This document shows positions 49,333 through 63,429 of a stretch of 64,000 nucleotides of DNA, piece by piece. Where the stretch lies: positions 44,206,001 to 44,270,000 of the forward strand of contig OX597832.1 in assembly GCA_951406725.2 (NCBI GenBank). Reading direction: 5' to 3'. Origin of the DNA: Octopus vulgaris. Its lineage: Eukaryota. Position numbers and translations under genes: made by a program. How positions within the stretch are numbered: position 1 is the stretch's first letter; every line of letters starts with the position of its first letter. The notes beneath the pieces are model-generated. The model saw only the letters and a program-made list of their open reading frames with translations. It ran no database searches and had not been told where the DNA came from.

Positions 49333-50300
49333 CATCATCAACCAAATTCACTTACAAGGGTTTGGTTAGCCTGGGGCTATAGTAATAGACACTTGTCCAA
49401 GGTACCATGAAGGGGTACAAAACCCAAAAGCTGTGCAGTTGCAAAGCAAACTTCTGAATCACGGGTATGCCAGTATTATTTGAGAGATTCTTATTTATTT
49501 GTTTTGTGAATGTTGCAAAATCAATAAAAACAGTGAAACAACAAACTGAATACGAAACAAACACTGCTTACTAAACCTTTAATTCTCAACAGGGTGTCAC
49601 GAGGGGTGTCTTGGTGTGCCAAAGATATTTAGTCAGGTGCATTGCAGATTTCTAAAAACAATCTACAGCTTTTAGAAAAATCCATATAAATGTTCGAATG
49701 ATTCATAAAATATGTTATTTATAATTTTGTGATACACAACTGGCCTAACGCAGCCCCTGGTTCAATAATACTAACTTCCAGCTTTAAACTGATCTAAATT
49801 CTAACAAAATTTTCTGTTATACTCCCAAACACCTGCTTAAAAAGGGCAGTTATTTACTCAATTCTTCAAAATGAATTGCAATGAGGTTAGTGATTTCAAC
49901 AGAAATATCGTACCAAAAGGGGTCAAAGGTTAATAAAACAAAGTAACACTCTTCAATATTTTTTTTTACTAAATTTTATACAATTTTTGTTTTTTCAAAC
50001 TTTCCAAGTGAAAGGTGCTGTAATTATTTTCATTTTAATCACGGATATGTCACAAAATCAAAAGCAGATCCTTGAACTAGGCTTTTTAATTTTTTTTTTT
50101 TTTATTCAAAACTATATACTAACTTATCTCAATAAATAAAATGTACTTGTGGATTAGAGTAGGGCAGGTCAAGCTCAAAGGTTTAGACAACAATGTTTAA
50201 ATTGTTCTGTACGTCTAGTACAGTATTGTGAAATTTAATATCAGTTCAAACGTCAATGTCACAGACCAGGCAAGATTTTATTGGGACAGAGAGAACTTAC

Positions 50301-50356
50301 GTCTAGAATGTGTTGAGAGATTTGAGGGTACAAACAAATTAAAACAAAACAAATTC
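50301..50356 (-). other. Candidate small 5' UTR exon
   Basis: T-run acceptor ending ttag|G and donor GAC|GTAAGT; splice signals only. Confidence 0.2.
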
Positions 50357-50395
50357 CTAAAAAAATCCTTTCCTAGTATCACATTTTCTAAGGTC

Positions 50396-50624
50396 TTAAC
50401 CCTTTTGATACCAACCTGGCTGAAACCGGCTATAGCTCTGTGGTACAAATATCTTGTTTTCATAAGTTTTGAATTAAAATTTTCCACCAAACCTTAGTCA
50501 CAATTTATGCTCCTAACACTAGCTTAATGATAACTAAGTTATTTTACTAAATTCTTTGTCATGTCTAAAATAATTGAGAGAAACATAGAGCATCTCAAAA
50601 TAAATACAGTAACGAAAGGGTTAA
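50396..50624 (+). mobile_element. MITE D
   Basis: TIRs and TTAA. Confidence 0.85.
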
Positions 50625-50960
50625 AGAGCAATAGTGTTCTATGAGAAGAGTAAAAAAAATCATCAGGTTATCAAATGTATTAGTGAAACACCAGACTATT
50701 TACTAGTCTTATCAGATAAGTAATGTTGTAAATTTAGATTTTAAATTTCTAAACTTCATATCTGAAGAATTCATCAGCAATTAATTCAATTTAGGGATTT
50801 AAAAATATCACTGAAGTATGTTAAGAGAAATCAAGTAGATATGTTCTGTAACTTTTGAGAAAGCAACAAAAAAGGGCTAATAAGGGGAAATAAGGGCTAA
50901 TAAGAAAGTACAAATAACATAAAAGGAAATACCAACTTCAAACCAATTTTTGCTACTTAT

Positions 50961-51189
50961 TTAACCCTTTCGTTAATGTATTTATTTTGAGATGCTCTGT
51001 ATTTCTTTCAATTATTTTCAATATAACAAAGAATTTAGTAAAATAACTTAGTTATCATTCAACTAGTGTTAGGAGCATAAATTGTGACTAAGGTTTGGTG
51101 GAAGATTTTAATGCAAAACTTATGAAAACAAGACATTTGTACTACAGAGCCAGAGCTGGTTTTGGCCAGGTTGGTAATGAAAGGGTTAA
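50961..51189 (-). mobile_element. MITE D (inverted), sharing TTAA with an adjacent MITE E (51186-51385)
   Basis: Reverse-complement copy. Confidence 0.85.
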
Positions 51190-51599
51190 CCTTTTATTCT
51201 ATTACATGTAACACGTTTTAAATTTATCCTGCATTCTCTTGTAGCCTGGAGTTTTTGATTATGCAACTGTAGTTTTGGGGACTAATACTGTAGGGCAGGT
51301 GTGAGAGGCTGGATCTGGACAGACCAAACATAAAACAGGAAGAATATTTTAACCGGATGTGGTCAGTTTAAATGCTAAATGGATAAAATATAATCAAAAA
51401 TAATTTTCAGAAAAGTGATAATTATACCAAATTCAATAGTTTTATCTATAATGCCCAACATCAAAAAATAAACTGAACTTTTCACCCACTTTTGTTTATA
51501 TCATGCAACATTTAATATCCTTCTAAGTCACAAAAGAGCTTGTGGTCTGCCTTTCTGAAATCAGGAAAGAATTGAACAAAATTCAAATAATTATTGCAA

Positions 51600-52060
51600 A
51601 GAGCACCATACAAGTGTGATCGTTGACAGAGCGGCTATTCGAGTATGATCGTTACCAGCGTCGCCTTACTGGCACTCATGCCTGTACTAGTAGGGTGCCA
51701 AGAGCACCATTTGAGTGTGATCGTTGACAGAGCAGCCAACTGGCTTCCGTACCTGTGGCACGTAAAAGGGAACCATTCGAGTGTGATCATTACCAATGTC
51801 ACTTCACTGGCACCTGTGCTGATGGCACATGTAAAAAGATTTGAGTGAGGTCATTGCCAGTACCGCCTGACTGGCACATAAAAAGCACCCACTACACTCT
51901 CGGAGTGGTTGGCGTTAGGAAGGGCATCCAGCTGTAGAAACTCTGCCAAATCAAGATTGGAGCCTGGTGCAGCCATCTGGCTCGCCAGTCCTCAGTCAAA
52001 ATCGTCCAATCCATGGTAGCATGGAAGGCGGACATTTAACGACAATGATGATGATGATGA
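51600..52060 (+). mobile_element. Family A subfamily
   Basis: As 48657-49332. Confidence 0.7.
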
Positions 52061-52494
52061 TTGTAACTCAACAACTATTAATAACCTAAACTCCCTCGTT
52101 ATGAGATGAGGCATCAAATACAGAAATTTGATATTTTTAGAGTAGCAATCAAAAACTGTATAACATGCAAGATTCTACAATGATTAACAATATTTTCTGA
52201 CAAAAAAAGAAAAAATTATGTATGCACACTATATAATCCTCTTAATGGTGTTTATCTGAAATAAATACACAGCAAAACTCCCTAACATTGTCCCCGTATC
52301 ATAATCAAAGCTATTTATCCAGGTCAATGATGAGTTGTTGAACTTAATCACTCACCTATTTCTTTTGCCTTCTCTCTCTTTTTCCCTTTCGTTCTGAATT
52401 CATTCAACTCATTTTCTCTTATAGATTTCCTTGTTCTACTTGTGTTCTTATTACTATTAAGCAGCACTTGAATTTACTACAAAACTCGGCATTA

Positions 52495-52659
52495 GGCGTA
52501 GGAGTGGCTGTGTGCTAAGTAGCTTGCTTACCAACCACATGGTTCCGGGTTCAGTCCCACTGCGTGGCACCTTGGGCAAGTGTCTTCTACTACAGCCTCG
52601 GACCGACCAAAGCCTTGAGTGGATTTGGCAGACGGAAACTGGAAGAAGCCTGTCGTATA
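52495..52659 (+). mobile_element. SINE family B, 5' half
   Basis: Head through the start of the microsatellite. Confidence 0.75.
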
Positions 52660-53686
52660 GAGTGGTTAACACAGGAAATTTCAAACGAAACATAAACCCA
52701 ACACTCAACCTAACTCATAAACTGCCCTAGATTGCCTTGATTCTATGATAAAGGCTTCTTGTTTTCAAGGTTACCAAATTAAAATCTTCCAACAAAATTT
52801 ACGTTAATTTCTAGTTCCAAATGCCAGCATAATGATGACCAAAATCATTCAACTGAACTCATTATTTTCAAATTTAACTGAAAAAGCAGCAATGTGGTTT
52901 AATGTAGTTTAGAAATATGGTGACAAAAGGGTTAAGAACAACTTCGCCCATAATGTGTTCTGTAGCAAACACAAAAACCCAGGTGGAATGAGAATGGAAC
53001 AGCATTGATTTTGGAAATTCTTGCTGCAGACTACAGTAAATAAGGGTGATGCTAATTTTCTGGAAGGAAGACTAAGGTTACACAGAATAAAATGTCTGGT
53101 CTAAAAAGCACAAAATAAAAGCTTTAATAGGCTTGAAATCCGAAACTTATATAACATATAGTGCGTGGTTCAGAAAAACAGCAGAAAGCACCGAATGAAC
53201 TGAACAGGTGAGGCAAGTCTCACAGTCAAACAGGTACAATCAGCACAGAAATCAATTTTCAATAAACTACCTATTTTCTCTTAACTAAATATTGAAGTCT
53301 AAGATTATCTCTGATAAGCAATTAAATCGAGATTAATATTAATAAGTACATCAGCAGTAACTATTAACACTACCACCACCACAACAAAAACAACAACTGA
53401 GGAGGAGGGAAAAATCACTATGATAACAGGGACAGACATGGTTGGCTACCTGGTTAGTTGGTTGGTCGGTTGTAGAGAAATGGTAGTAAGACAAGCAAAG
53501 AGAGAGTAATCAGGAGTACAGGGCAAACTGGTGATAGTGATTAGAATGATGGATATGCTGTTCTTAAATACAACCATCACCTCAAACCGTTGGAGAATAC
53601 CTAAACTATAAGGCTAATGAATGTAATAATGAAGATGATGATGATGATGATGGGAGCTGTGGTAGCGAGACAAGCAGAAACAGAGT

Positions 53687-54051
53687 GGAAGCACTCCGTC
53701 GGTTACGAAGACGAGGGTTCCGGTTGATCCGATCAACGGAACAGCCTGCTCGTGAAATTAACGTGTAAGTGGCTGAGCACTCCACAGACACGTGCACCCT
53801 TAACGTAGTTCTCGGGGATATTCAGCGTGACACAGAGAGTGACAAGGCCGGCCCTTTGAAATACAGGTACAAGAGAAACAGGAAGAGTGAGAGAAAGTTG
53901 TGGTGAAAGAGTACAGCAGGGATCACCACCATCCCCTGCCGGAGCCTCGTGGAGCTTTTTAGGTGTTTTCGCTCAATAAACACTCACAACGCCCGGTCTG
54001 GGAATCGAAACCGCGATCCTATGACCGAACCACTGGGCCATTGCGCCTCCA
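53687..54051 (-). mobile_element. tRNA-derived SINE family I
   Basis: Head GGAGGCGCAATGGCCCAGTGGTT...GGTTTCGATTCCC; 12-bp TSD CAGAAACAGAGT (53675-53686 / 54052-54063). Confidence 0.8.
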
Positions 54052-54387
54052 CAGAAACAGAGTAATTATTAATGTAAGGTAAAAAAAAAGTAAAAAGGCA
54101 ATCAATAGGATAAATTGATGATGATGATTAAGGTGATGGCCTATGTGGTCCTTAAATACAACTGTCACATGACACTATTCAAGAACACTTTAACTTCAAG
54201 ATTAATGAATGTAGTCAAGATGGTGATGATGATGATGATGATGATGACAATGATTTATGGCGATTGTAGCGGGAACTGCCAACAACATTGATATTAATAA
54301 TTGTTCGTCCCGTGGCAAACATTAAATTTAATGCCCACTTTTCCATGCTAGCAAGGGTCAGATGGAGTTTATCGAAGATTATCCATG

Positions 54388-54655
54388 ACCAGTGCCGCTG
54401 GACTGGCTCCTGTGCAGGTGGCACATAAAAAGCACCATTAGGGCGTGGCCATTGCCAGTACCACCAAACTGGCCTTCGTGCTAGGGGGCACATAAAAGCA
54501 CCCACTACACTCACGGAGTGGTTGGCGTTAGGAAGGGCATCCAGCTGTAGAAACTCTGCCAGATCAGATTGGAGTCTGGTACGCCAGACCTCAGTCAAAT
54601 CGTCCAACCCATGCTAGCATGGAAAGCGGACATCAAATGATGATGATGATGATGA
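54388..54655 (+). mobile_element. Family A
   Basis: Core and (GAT)n tail. Confidence 0.7.
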
Positions 54656-54981
54656 AGATACCCTACCAGCTGCCAACCCTCACCTGTTTCCCAATAAGAT
54701 ATTTCCCTATGGCCAGGTATATTTTTTTGCAAAATATTGGAAATGAATGACACTGCTTGTATGACAGTGACACTCATTTACAACTCTCGTGTAATGTCAA
54801 GACAAGGAGACACAAACATAGACTCCCTCTCTCTCTTACACACAATGAACTACTTTCAGTTTCCATCCACCAAATCCATGCACAAGCCTTTGGTTGACCA
54901 TAGGCTACAGTAGAAAACACTTGCCCAGCATGCCGTGCAGAGGGACTGAACTTGAAACCCTGTAGTTGGGAAGCAAACTTC

Positions 54982-55203
54982 TTAACCCTTTTGATACCAA
55001 CTAGGCTTAAACTGCCTCTGGCTCTGTAGTACAAATGTCTTACTTTCATAAGTATTTAATTAAAATCTTCCACCAAACCTTAGTCACAATTTATGCTCAC
55101 TAGTTTAATGATAACTAAGTTCTTTTACTAAATTCTTTGTTATATTAAAATTAATTGAATGAAACAGAGCATCTCAAAATAAAAACGGTAATGAAAGGGT
55201 TAA
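54982..55203 (+). mobile_element. MITE D
   Basis: TIRs and TTAA. Confidence 0.8.
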
Positions 55204-56010
55204 GCACACAGCCCCAAATAAGTAATAAGCATTATTAACATCATTAGTCACACAGCAATAATAACTAATAATGGTTATTGATGCCACTAAGCCACAAAAA
55301 CAACAAATATTAAAGGCAGGAATAAATGTTGTAGATAGATATCCGACAAGCATCTGAGACAGATGTCTCAACTGTGATTGGGTGATCAAGAAGGAAAAAC
55401 AAAAAACACATATGAAAGCTGTTTATCAGTTTAATAGACATTGCAGCAACAAGCAGTGTGAAGGAAAAATTCAACTAAGAGAAGCAACACAGGGGAGGCA
55501 AAGAGAAGTAGGAAGGAGAGACATTTGAATAGGTCAATGCTTTCTGATAGAGTAGAAAGTTACAGGCCCAAGTGGCGAATTATTAATTCTTATTTTTCTG
55601 TGATGGGGATCCACCCTAACCATAAGAGCCTGCACCAGTTGTCAAGCAGTGGGGAGGGGACAAACAAGCACAAAGGCATGAGTATTATATAAATATATAA
55701 ACCATTAAGCAAAATGGACATGTGCCTTAGGCATCACAGAAATGGTAGATGGTTTACAGCACAAAAGAAATCACTTTAAACTTGCAAAAATAATATTCAG
55801 AGTGGTTTATATGATTGGAAATATAATTTTGAAGTGTTCATGGTGTCATGAAAAATGTATGGATCTACACATATACAGGCATCTACATGCATATGCACAC
55901 ATGTATACACACGAATATATGGTACTGATAACCATGTAGATATAAATAAAAGCATACAATATTAGAGTGCATAACATAGACATGAGGCATGCTAATTAGA
56001 GTGGATAATA

Positions 56011-56358
56011 TATGCTGAGACCTGAGACCCCCTTCAGTCAGGACTGACCGTGGGATTGCACCTAGAAAGTTACCCTCCCAGGCACAAGTCTGGGCAAGGT
56101 TGTTTATGGAAGACCAACAGTCACCCATGCATACCAGCCCCCTCTCTCCACGCCACCAGTGTTATCCAAGGGAAAGGGAAAGGGGCCGATACAGCTTGGC
56201 ACCTGTGACATCGCAACTCATTTCTACAGCTGAGTGAACAGGAGCAACGTGAAGTAAAGTGTCTTGCTCAAGAACACAACACGCAGCCAGGTCCGGGATT
56301 CGAACACACAGCCTCACGATCATAAGCTCAATGCTCTAACCACTGAGCCATGCGCCTT
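56011..56358 (-). mobile_element. SINE family H, full length
   Basis: Reverse complement of the 35178 element. Confidence 0.8.
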
Positions 56359-56564
56359 CGCGGATAATATATAAGGTACATACAATTTAACTATAAATGA
56401 CACAGCAAGTTTCACAGCTCTTTATAAGAGCTGCTAATCAGCATTTGAATTTTTATTTACGACAGAAGACAAGGGTGTTACGGGTGTTACAGCTGAGGGG
56501 ACATAATCTTCCCATGCCAGATGCTGGTTACTTCCTACATGAACTGATTTAAATTTATCTACAA

Positions 56565-57079
56565 CTAGCAGTATCGCCCGGCGTTGCTCGAGTTTGTAAG
56601 GGAAATAACTATATAAGCATTTTTAGTGAGTTATAGCAAAAAAATGCATTAAAAATGAAATAAAAAATTATGGTAATTTTGGTGTCTTCAAGCCATGAAG
56701 TCGTTGTTCTAAAAGAACGCTGGTCTCCTTGACAATGCTTTGCGACGTTGATTTCCTTACACTCCCTTCCCCACAGCTTCACAAGGGAGGGAAGAAGGGG
56801 GAGAAGCAAACACAGGTGCAGGTGTGACCATGGACGCCAACTCCGCCGCCATCGACACACGAAAAATTATGCATTAAAATGGAATAAAAAATGATGTTAA
56901 ATTATTTTTAAAATCGTAGACTCATCGTAGACGCGCACTAATAGCCAGACGGGCTCGATATGAATCACGACTATAAGATACCCGAATTTGGTTAAACTGC
57001 ACCGCAAAATGTGGGAGGAGTTAGGAATCTAAATCGAAGGGGACAGACACTCACACAACTACAGTTTTATATATATAGA
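56565..57079 (-). mobile_element. Non-autonomous Helitron (family F)
   Basis: Closely similar to 43061-43560 with the same TC...CTAG termini and A^T site. Confidence 0.8.
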
Positions 57080-57625
57080 TATCGTGTGAAAATATGAGGG
57101 CCGTTTCAGATTATGAATATATGCACGCGTGTTCAGTAACATTCCTGCAAACAATGGGATATGTCAAGAATTTGAGCATCAATGCGGGTAGCATATATTC
57201 AGTGTTATATTTTTACCTGCTCTCATGCAAAGGTCATGAATATATACACACAAAGAATAGTTTCTATCTACATGTACACACACATACCTGAATGGAATAT
57301 ACACTCTCAACACACATTGAAATCTGAAGATTTCATTTCATTTCTTGGCAATATACCGAGTGTGCATTACAAACTTTGGAGACAAACATTAGGGTAACGA
57401 AAAGCAACAGGCAACAAAACCATGAGAGATAAACTGCCTGGAGTGGGACATGTATTTCATATGTATGAGATATCCAAAGTGAGAAACCATAAAATGGTGA
57501 TAAAAGTAGTGACAATGTATACTACAAATGAACTAAATCACATATACCTAATACTAGATTGTGACCCTTTACATGAAATAATGTAGTTTCAAGACCCATG
57601 TAATTCATGTCGGTTTAAAAAATTA

Positions 57626-57816
57626 ATGCTGAGACCCCCTTCGGTCACGACACAGAACATGGAATTGCACCTAGAAAGTTACCCTCCCAGGAAACAAGTC
57701 TGGGCAAGGTTGTTTACGGAAGACCAGCAGTCACCCATGCATACCGGCCTCCCCTCTCCACGCCACCAGTGTAATCCAAGGGAAAGGCAACGGCCGATAC
57801 AGCTTGGCACCTGTGA
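57626..57816 (-). mobile_element. SINE family H 3' part abutting the Helitron G end
   Basis: Matches 56011-56210. Confidence 0.7.
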
Positions 57817-57873
57817 CAGCTGTATATGTATGCACTAGCACTATGACCCGGCAACGCCGGGTCATAGTGCTAG
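57817..57873 (+). mobile_element. 3' end of Helitron family G
   Basis: Perfect palindrome ACTAGCACTATGACCCGGC-AAC-GCCGGGTCATAGTGCTAGT (57834-57874) preceded by family-G body sequence. Confidence 0.65.
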
Positions 57874-58020
57874 TATTCAATATTCTGTATTATTAGTACT
57901 GTATAGCTTGATCATATTGCTATAATGTTTTGAATGGTGTTCTGAAGTTTTCTTCATTTACACTATTAAAACGTTTGTCTAATTCATTCCAAGACATGTC
58001 ACTTATTTCCATCTTTTTCT

Positions 58021-58304
58021 TTTACATTTTATAAGTCTTCAAGTGTAAATCCTTCTAAATCAGAATTATAAATACCTGCTGAAGCCATATTGGTAACTAC
58101 GAAAAAAAATCAACCTCAACTTGAAATGTTGAAAGGAGGATAAAAAAAAAACAAAAAAAACAAAACATGCTGTTGAAAATTTCACAACTGTATTTAAGTA
58201 GAAACAGCTCTATCTTGCAGTATCTTGAAACTTACCAATATGGTTTCAGCAGGTGACAATTCCAAATTGGAAGGATTTACATTTGAAGACTTACAAATTG
58301 TAAA
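58021..58304. repeat. Imperfect inverted repeat, about 75-bp arms
   Basis: 58021-58096 versus reverse complement of 58232-58304. Confidence 0.75.
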
Positions 58305-58612
58305 AAAAAAAAATAATAATAATAATAGTAGTAGTAGTAATAATAATAATAATAAAAAACGACTTGCTTTCAGAAGACTCATACATTTCTGAATTTCCAC
58401 CTAGTGAAGAGGAGTATTTTAATAGCGAAAGTAAAAGAAGACTTCTGAATGCCATTTGAAATATCATGGTCATGTGGTCAAGCAACAACAACAACAACAA
58501 TATACATCACCAATTTTATGGAAAATAAATAATTGTGAATCATTGGTATCTGCTGACAAAATTTCATGTCTGCATGTAAAAAGTTAGTTACAAATATTTA
58601 TTGATAACCTTC

Positions 58613-58825
58613 TTAACCCTTTCGTTACCAACCCGGCTCTGTAGTACAAATGTCTTGTTTTCATAAGTTTTGAATTAAAATCTTCCATCAAACCTTAGTC
58701 ACAATTTATGTTCTTAACACTAGCTTAATGATAACTAAGTTATTTTACTAAATTCTTTGTTATATTTAAAGCAAATGAAAGAAACACAGAGCATCTCAAA
58801 ATAAATACAGTAACAAAAGGGTTAA
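58613..58825 (+). mobile_element. MITE D
   Basis: TIRs and TTAA. Confidence 0.85.
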
Positions 58826-59054
58826 CCATGATTAATTCAAAACAATGTGAAGAAATAAGCATCACATTTGGCGAGAAAAATCTAAATGCTAAAGAGTAAA
58901 CAGTGTCAAAAAAAAAAAACCAGAAACAACATTCTTCACACTAATTTGGCCCAACCTTACTGATGATATTGGTAACTTGGTGCTTTCAGACATTTATAAA
59001 TATATGACATGGTCCAGTAGAGCATCATAGTTCTAATGACATATAATTAATTAC

Positions 59055-59473
59055 ACCAGCGTTGCCTTACTGGCACTTGTGCCTGTGCTAGTAGGGTGCC
59101 AAGAGCACCACCCGAGTGTGATCGTTGCCAGAGCAGCCTACTGGCTTCTGTGCCAGTGGCACGTAAAAGGGCACCATCCAAGCATTGATCATTACCAAAG
59201 TCACCTTACTGGCACCTGTGCTGGTGGCATGTGTAAAAGGATTCAAGCGAGGTCATTGCCATTACCCCCTGACTGGCCACGTGCCGGTGGCACGTAAAAA
59301 GCACCCACTACACTCTTGGAGTGGTTGGCGTTAGGAAGGGCATCCAGCTGTAGAAACTCTGCCAGATCAAGATTGGAGCCTGGTGCAGCCATCTGGTTCA
59401 CCAGCCCTCAGTCAAAATCGTCCAACCCATGCTAGCATGGAAAGCGGACGTTAAACGATGATGATAATGATGA
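59055..59473 (+). mobile_element. Family A subfamily
   Basis: As 48657-49332. Confidence 0.7.
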
Positions 59474-61797
59474 TCACCTCCACCTTCCACTAGATCATGC
59501 TAAATTTTATTTACGACAAATGAGTGAAATTATTAACAATTTTTACCGATTTTAAAATTTTACATAGTTATATGCACTCAATAACATTTTCTGTAATTTT
59601 GTTACTGTATATCCGTGTAGTGTATAAATTTCCAATATTGTGCGCATATATACCGATCCCTGAGTCCTCACCCCACAGAATTAGAATTGTTTTTGAAGGG
59701 TTCACCAAATATTGTTCATCACTGTACACTCTGAGAAACAGTATTTCACTGTATAGAACACAAAGTGTGTCTATTTTAGCTTATGACATGAAGTTGGCCT
59801 AAATTGGCGCTGCTGAAGTTACAGGATTGGCAGACTAAAGAAAAATAAATTTTATTTACGTAACAAGGAAGTAGTTTTACGTTGCAACTGCACGTCGGTG
59901 GTTGACCCGTATAAATCTATCTAAGAATTCAGGTTAATTTAATTTCTACCAACCAATGAATAGAGAAACCTCTAAAATGGAAGTACATAACAAAACTATC
60001 AAATTCGGCTGATCATGGGATATTAAGAGCCAATGGAAGTTTTAGTCATTGGCTGATAGACACCCTGCACTTTTTTTTTTATCCTCAGCTGATGCTAGGC
60101 ATGTAAAAAATGCACCATTCAAGTGTGGCCGATGGCCGTGCCGCCTGACTGGCACCTGTGCCAGCGGCATGTAAAAGCACCATTCAAGCATGGCTGATGC
60201 CAGTACTGCCCGACTCGTACGTAAAAGGCACTAGTCAAGCATGGCCAATGCCAGTGCTACCTAACTGGTTCCCATGCTGGTGGCTTGTAAAAAGCACCGA
60301 CTACACTCTCAGAGTGATTGGCGTTAAGGTCATCCAGCTGCAAAAACCTTGCCAAATCAAGTGCAACCTCCCAGTTTGCAAGTTCTCAGTCAAACCGTCC
60401 AACACATATCAGCATGGACAGCAGACGTTAAACGATGACTAGTGTACTTATTTCTCGCTAGCTGGTTAATGCTCCATGCATTAAATATGTTAACACTAAT
60501 ATAGTTTTTAAGGTGGGGCAAGTCTGTTTACTCATTAGGTACTTCTAGTTTCTGACACCAACTAACATTCATGCTCTTACCCATTATTCTATCATTACTC
60601 CGGTAAATGCACATGTTGATGAGGCTATAATAAAGCTGTAACATGTGCAGAGTTGCCTCCCATACTAGTAAAAAAAAAAGAAACCAAAGCAAAAAAAAAT
60701 AAAATGTTAATCAGACTTTTTTATAGTATTCTTTTCTACTCTAGGCACAAGGCCAGAAATTTTGGGGGAGGGGGCCAGTCGATTAGATCGACCCCAGTAT
60801 GCAACTGGTACTTAATTTATCAACCCCGAAAGGATGAAAGGCAAAGAACGTCTGCTATGAATGATATTTTTGGACACAGGGCATCTCTAAGACAACTGCC
60901 AGATGCTGAGCAAAACTAAATAAACTGCAACCAGGCTCAATAAAAGGAGTCCGTGTTATTGCCTAAACAAACCAATTCTGGTTGTCAAGTAGTAGTGACG
61001 GTCCTACCTAGACACACACACACACATATATATATATATATGATGGGCTTCCACAGTTTCTGTCTAGCAAATTCACTCACAAAGCATTGGTTGGTCGCAG
61101 GGCTATAACAGAAGATACTTGTCCAAGGTGCCATGCAGTGGAACTGAACCCATAAGCACATGGTTGCAAAGCAAGCTCTTTAACTGCACAGCCAAGCCTG
61201 TGATAATACAAAGGAAGAATATTAATGGACAACTGTAAACCACCTTCTGAATATTTCAAGACAAGAAAATGCTTTGCGCTGTCAGTTGATATCCTGACTT
61301 GTAACCGATTACCCTATTTAAGTGCTCTTTAGGGCGTCACTGATTTAATGTTTCCCTCTGAAAATAAGATAGTAACTAAAAAGCTTTTGATCCATTCAGT
61401 TTATGTTCCTTGTATATTATAATGGGCCATGATTAGTAGCAAGCATGTGTGTGTGGGCTGTCTTACTGTGCCGCACCTTGGGCAAATGCCTTTTACTATA
61501 TAGCCTCAGGCCAACCCAATACATTCAGTGTGAATCAAGCAGATAGAAGCTAAATAGAAGCCCATCGTGTGTGTGTTTGTATGCCAGCATGGAAAATGTT
61601 AAACGATGTTGATGACGATGACACACATCTGTTTTAATCACCTCTCTCCACTTCCACTTGATAACAGGTGTTGGTTTGTCAATGTCCTTGGAACTTTATG
61701 ATTTACCAAAAGACACTGATAGAATAAATGCCAGACTTTAAAAAAAAAATCAAAATCAAAACAAATACTGGTGTGAATTTTGTTCAACAAAAACCCT

Positions 61798-62015
61798 TTA
61801 ACCCTTTAGTATTCAGATTAATCTAACAAGTATAATGCTTATTGATTTACATTATTTTGAATTCATCATGCACTATCATATAGTTTCGAGATTTCGATGA
61901 TATGACTGTTTATTTTTAGAATGATATTGTAGGGTAGGTGTGAGAGGTCAGATCTGACTGATTTGAAGATAAAACAGGTAGAATATTTGGGCCGGTTTGA
62001 ATGCTAAAGGGTTAA
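61798..62015 (-). mobile_element. MITE E (inverted)
   Basis: TIRs and TTAA. Confidence 0.8.
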
Positions 62016-63038
62016 GGTAATCCCAGCATAGTCGCAAATGGAAAAAAGAAACAAGGCTATTTATGTACCTTTTATACTATAAGGTTCCATAATAATATAT
62101 GCATTGAAAGAAAATTTTGTAAATTTTGCCCAAATAGGAGAAAAGCAAGTAATTCTTTTTATCCACAATTTAAGGATTAACAATAACTTGCAGCCATTTT
62201 TTATATTTTTCTGTATTTGAAGATTAAGTCATGTTATAATTTCATTCCATTCTCATTTCATTATTGAGCCTTGGATGGTATTGCATTATCCAGATTGTGA
62301 TCTAAATGGTGTCATTCTGACAATACCCTTTTCTAGGTGCAGGTACGAATGTGCAGTTGGGCCATGGGTTCAGCTCCACTGCATGGTACCATGGGCAAGT
62401 GTCTTCTACGATATACTCACATACAATCTGGCTTTGTGGTTAAGAAGCTTCTGCCCCAACCATGTGGTCTTGGCTTCAGTCCCACTGCACAGCACCATAG
62501 GTGTCTCATACAACATCCCAGGCCAATCAAAACCTTGTGAATAGATTTGGTAGATGGAAACTGAAAGAAGCTGACTATCTCCTTGCTTTGAGATTGTGAG
62601 ACAGATGTAAACAGTATTCTTCATTTTCCATTTGTCTGTAAAAACACATCTGGGTCATGGGGAAACATTACCTTGCTTGGAAACAGGAAGGGCATCCAGC
62701 TTTAGGAAATCTGCCTCAACATGCTCTGTCCAATCCATGCAAACATGAAGAAATGGATGTTTAAGCCATGATAAATTTTCGCGACACTGCTCTGAAATAT
62801 GTGATGTAGTTGGGCCATCAAAATTATAAGAATTTATTCAAAATGTGGATTTACTTCGTCAACATTTTCACTTGTTTGAATTGAGTCATTTTGCCTTCAA
62901 GGTAAAAATAAAAAAAAGAGAAACTTATTGAAGGATTGTGAAAAATGAAATGGCTTCAAAAAAAAAAAAGTTACCTCTATGTTGAGAAAACGTGGAAAGA
63001 AATAACTTCTTAAATTTCTCTTCACTTGAAAAAATGGT

Positions 63039-63429
63039 TTAACCCTTTAGTGTTCACATTATTCTGCCAAAATTAATCCTTTTTTATCCACATTGCTTTG
63101 AACTAATCATGCATTATCTTGTAGCTATGAGATTATGATGATGATCATCATCATCATCGTCGTTTAACGTCCGTTCTCCATGCTAGCATGGGTTGGACAG
63201 TTCGACCGGGGTTCTGGGAAGCCAGAAGGCTGCACCAGGCTCCAGTCTAATCTGGCAATGTTTCTACAGCTGGATGCCCTTCCTAACGCCAATGCCCTTC
63301 CTAACGCCAATGATGTAGCTGTTAATTTTTAAAACGATATTGTAGGGTTAGTGTGAGAGACCAGATCTGGCCAGTTTGAACATTAAACAGGCAGAATACT
63401 TCTGGCCGGTTTAAATGCTAAAGGGTTAA
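63039..63429 (-). mobile_element. MITE E interrupted by family A (63143-63312)
   Basis: TIRs and TTAA; nested insertion. Confidence 0.8.

Noticed and set aside
56285-56358. tRNA-like sequences (also the SINE B, C and I heads)
   Set aside because: A/B boxes run directly into SINE bodies; no complete cloverleaf
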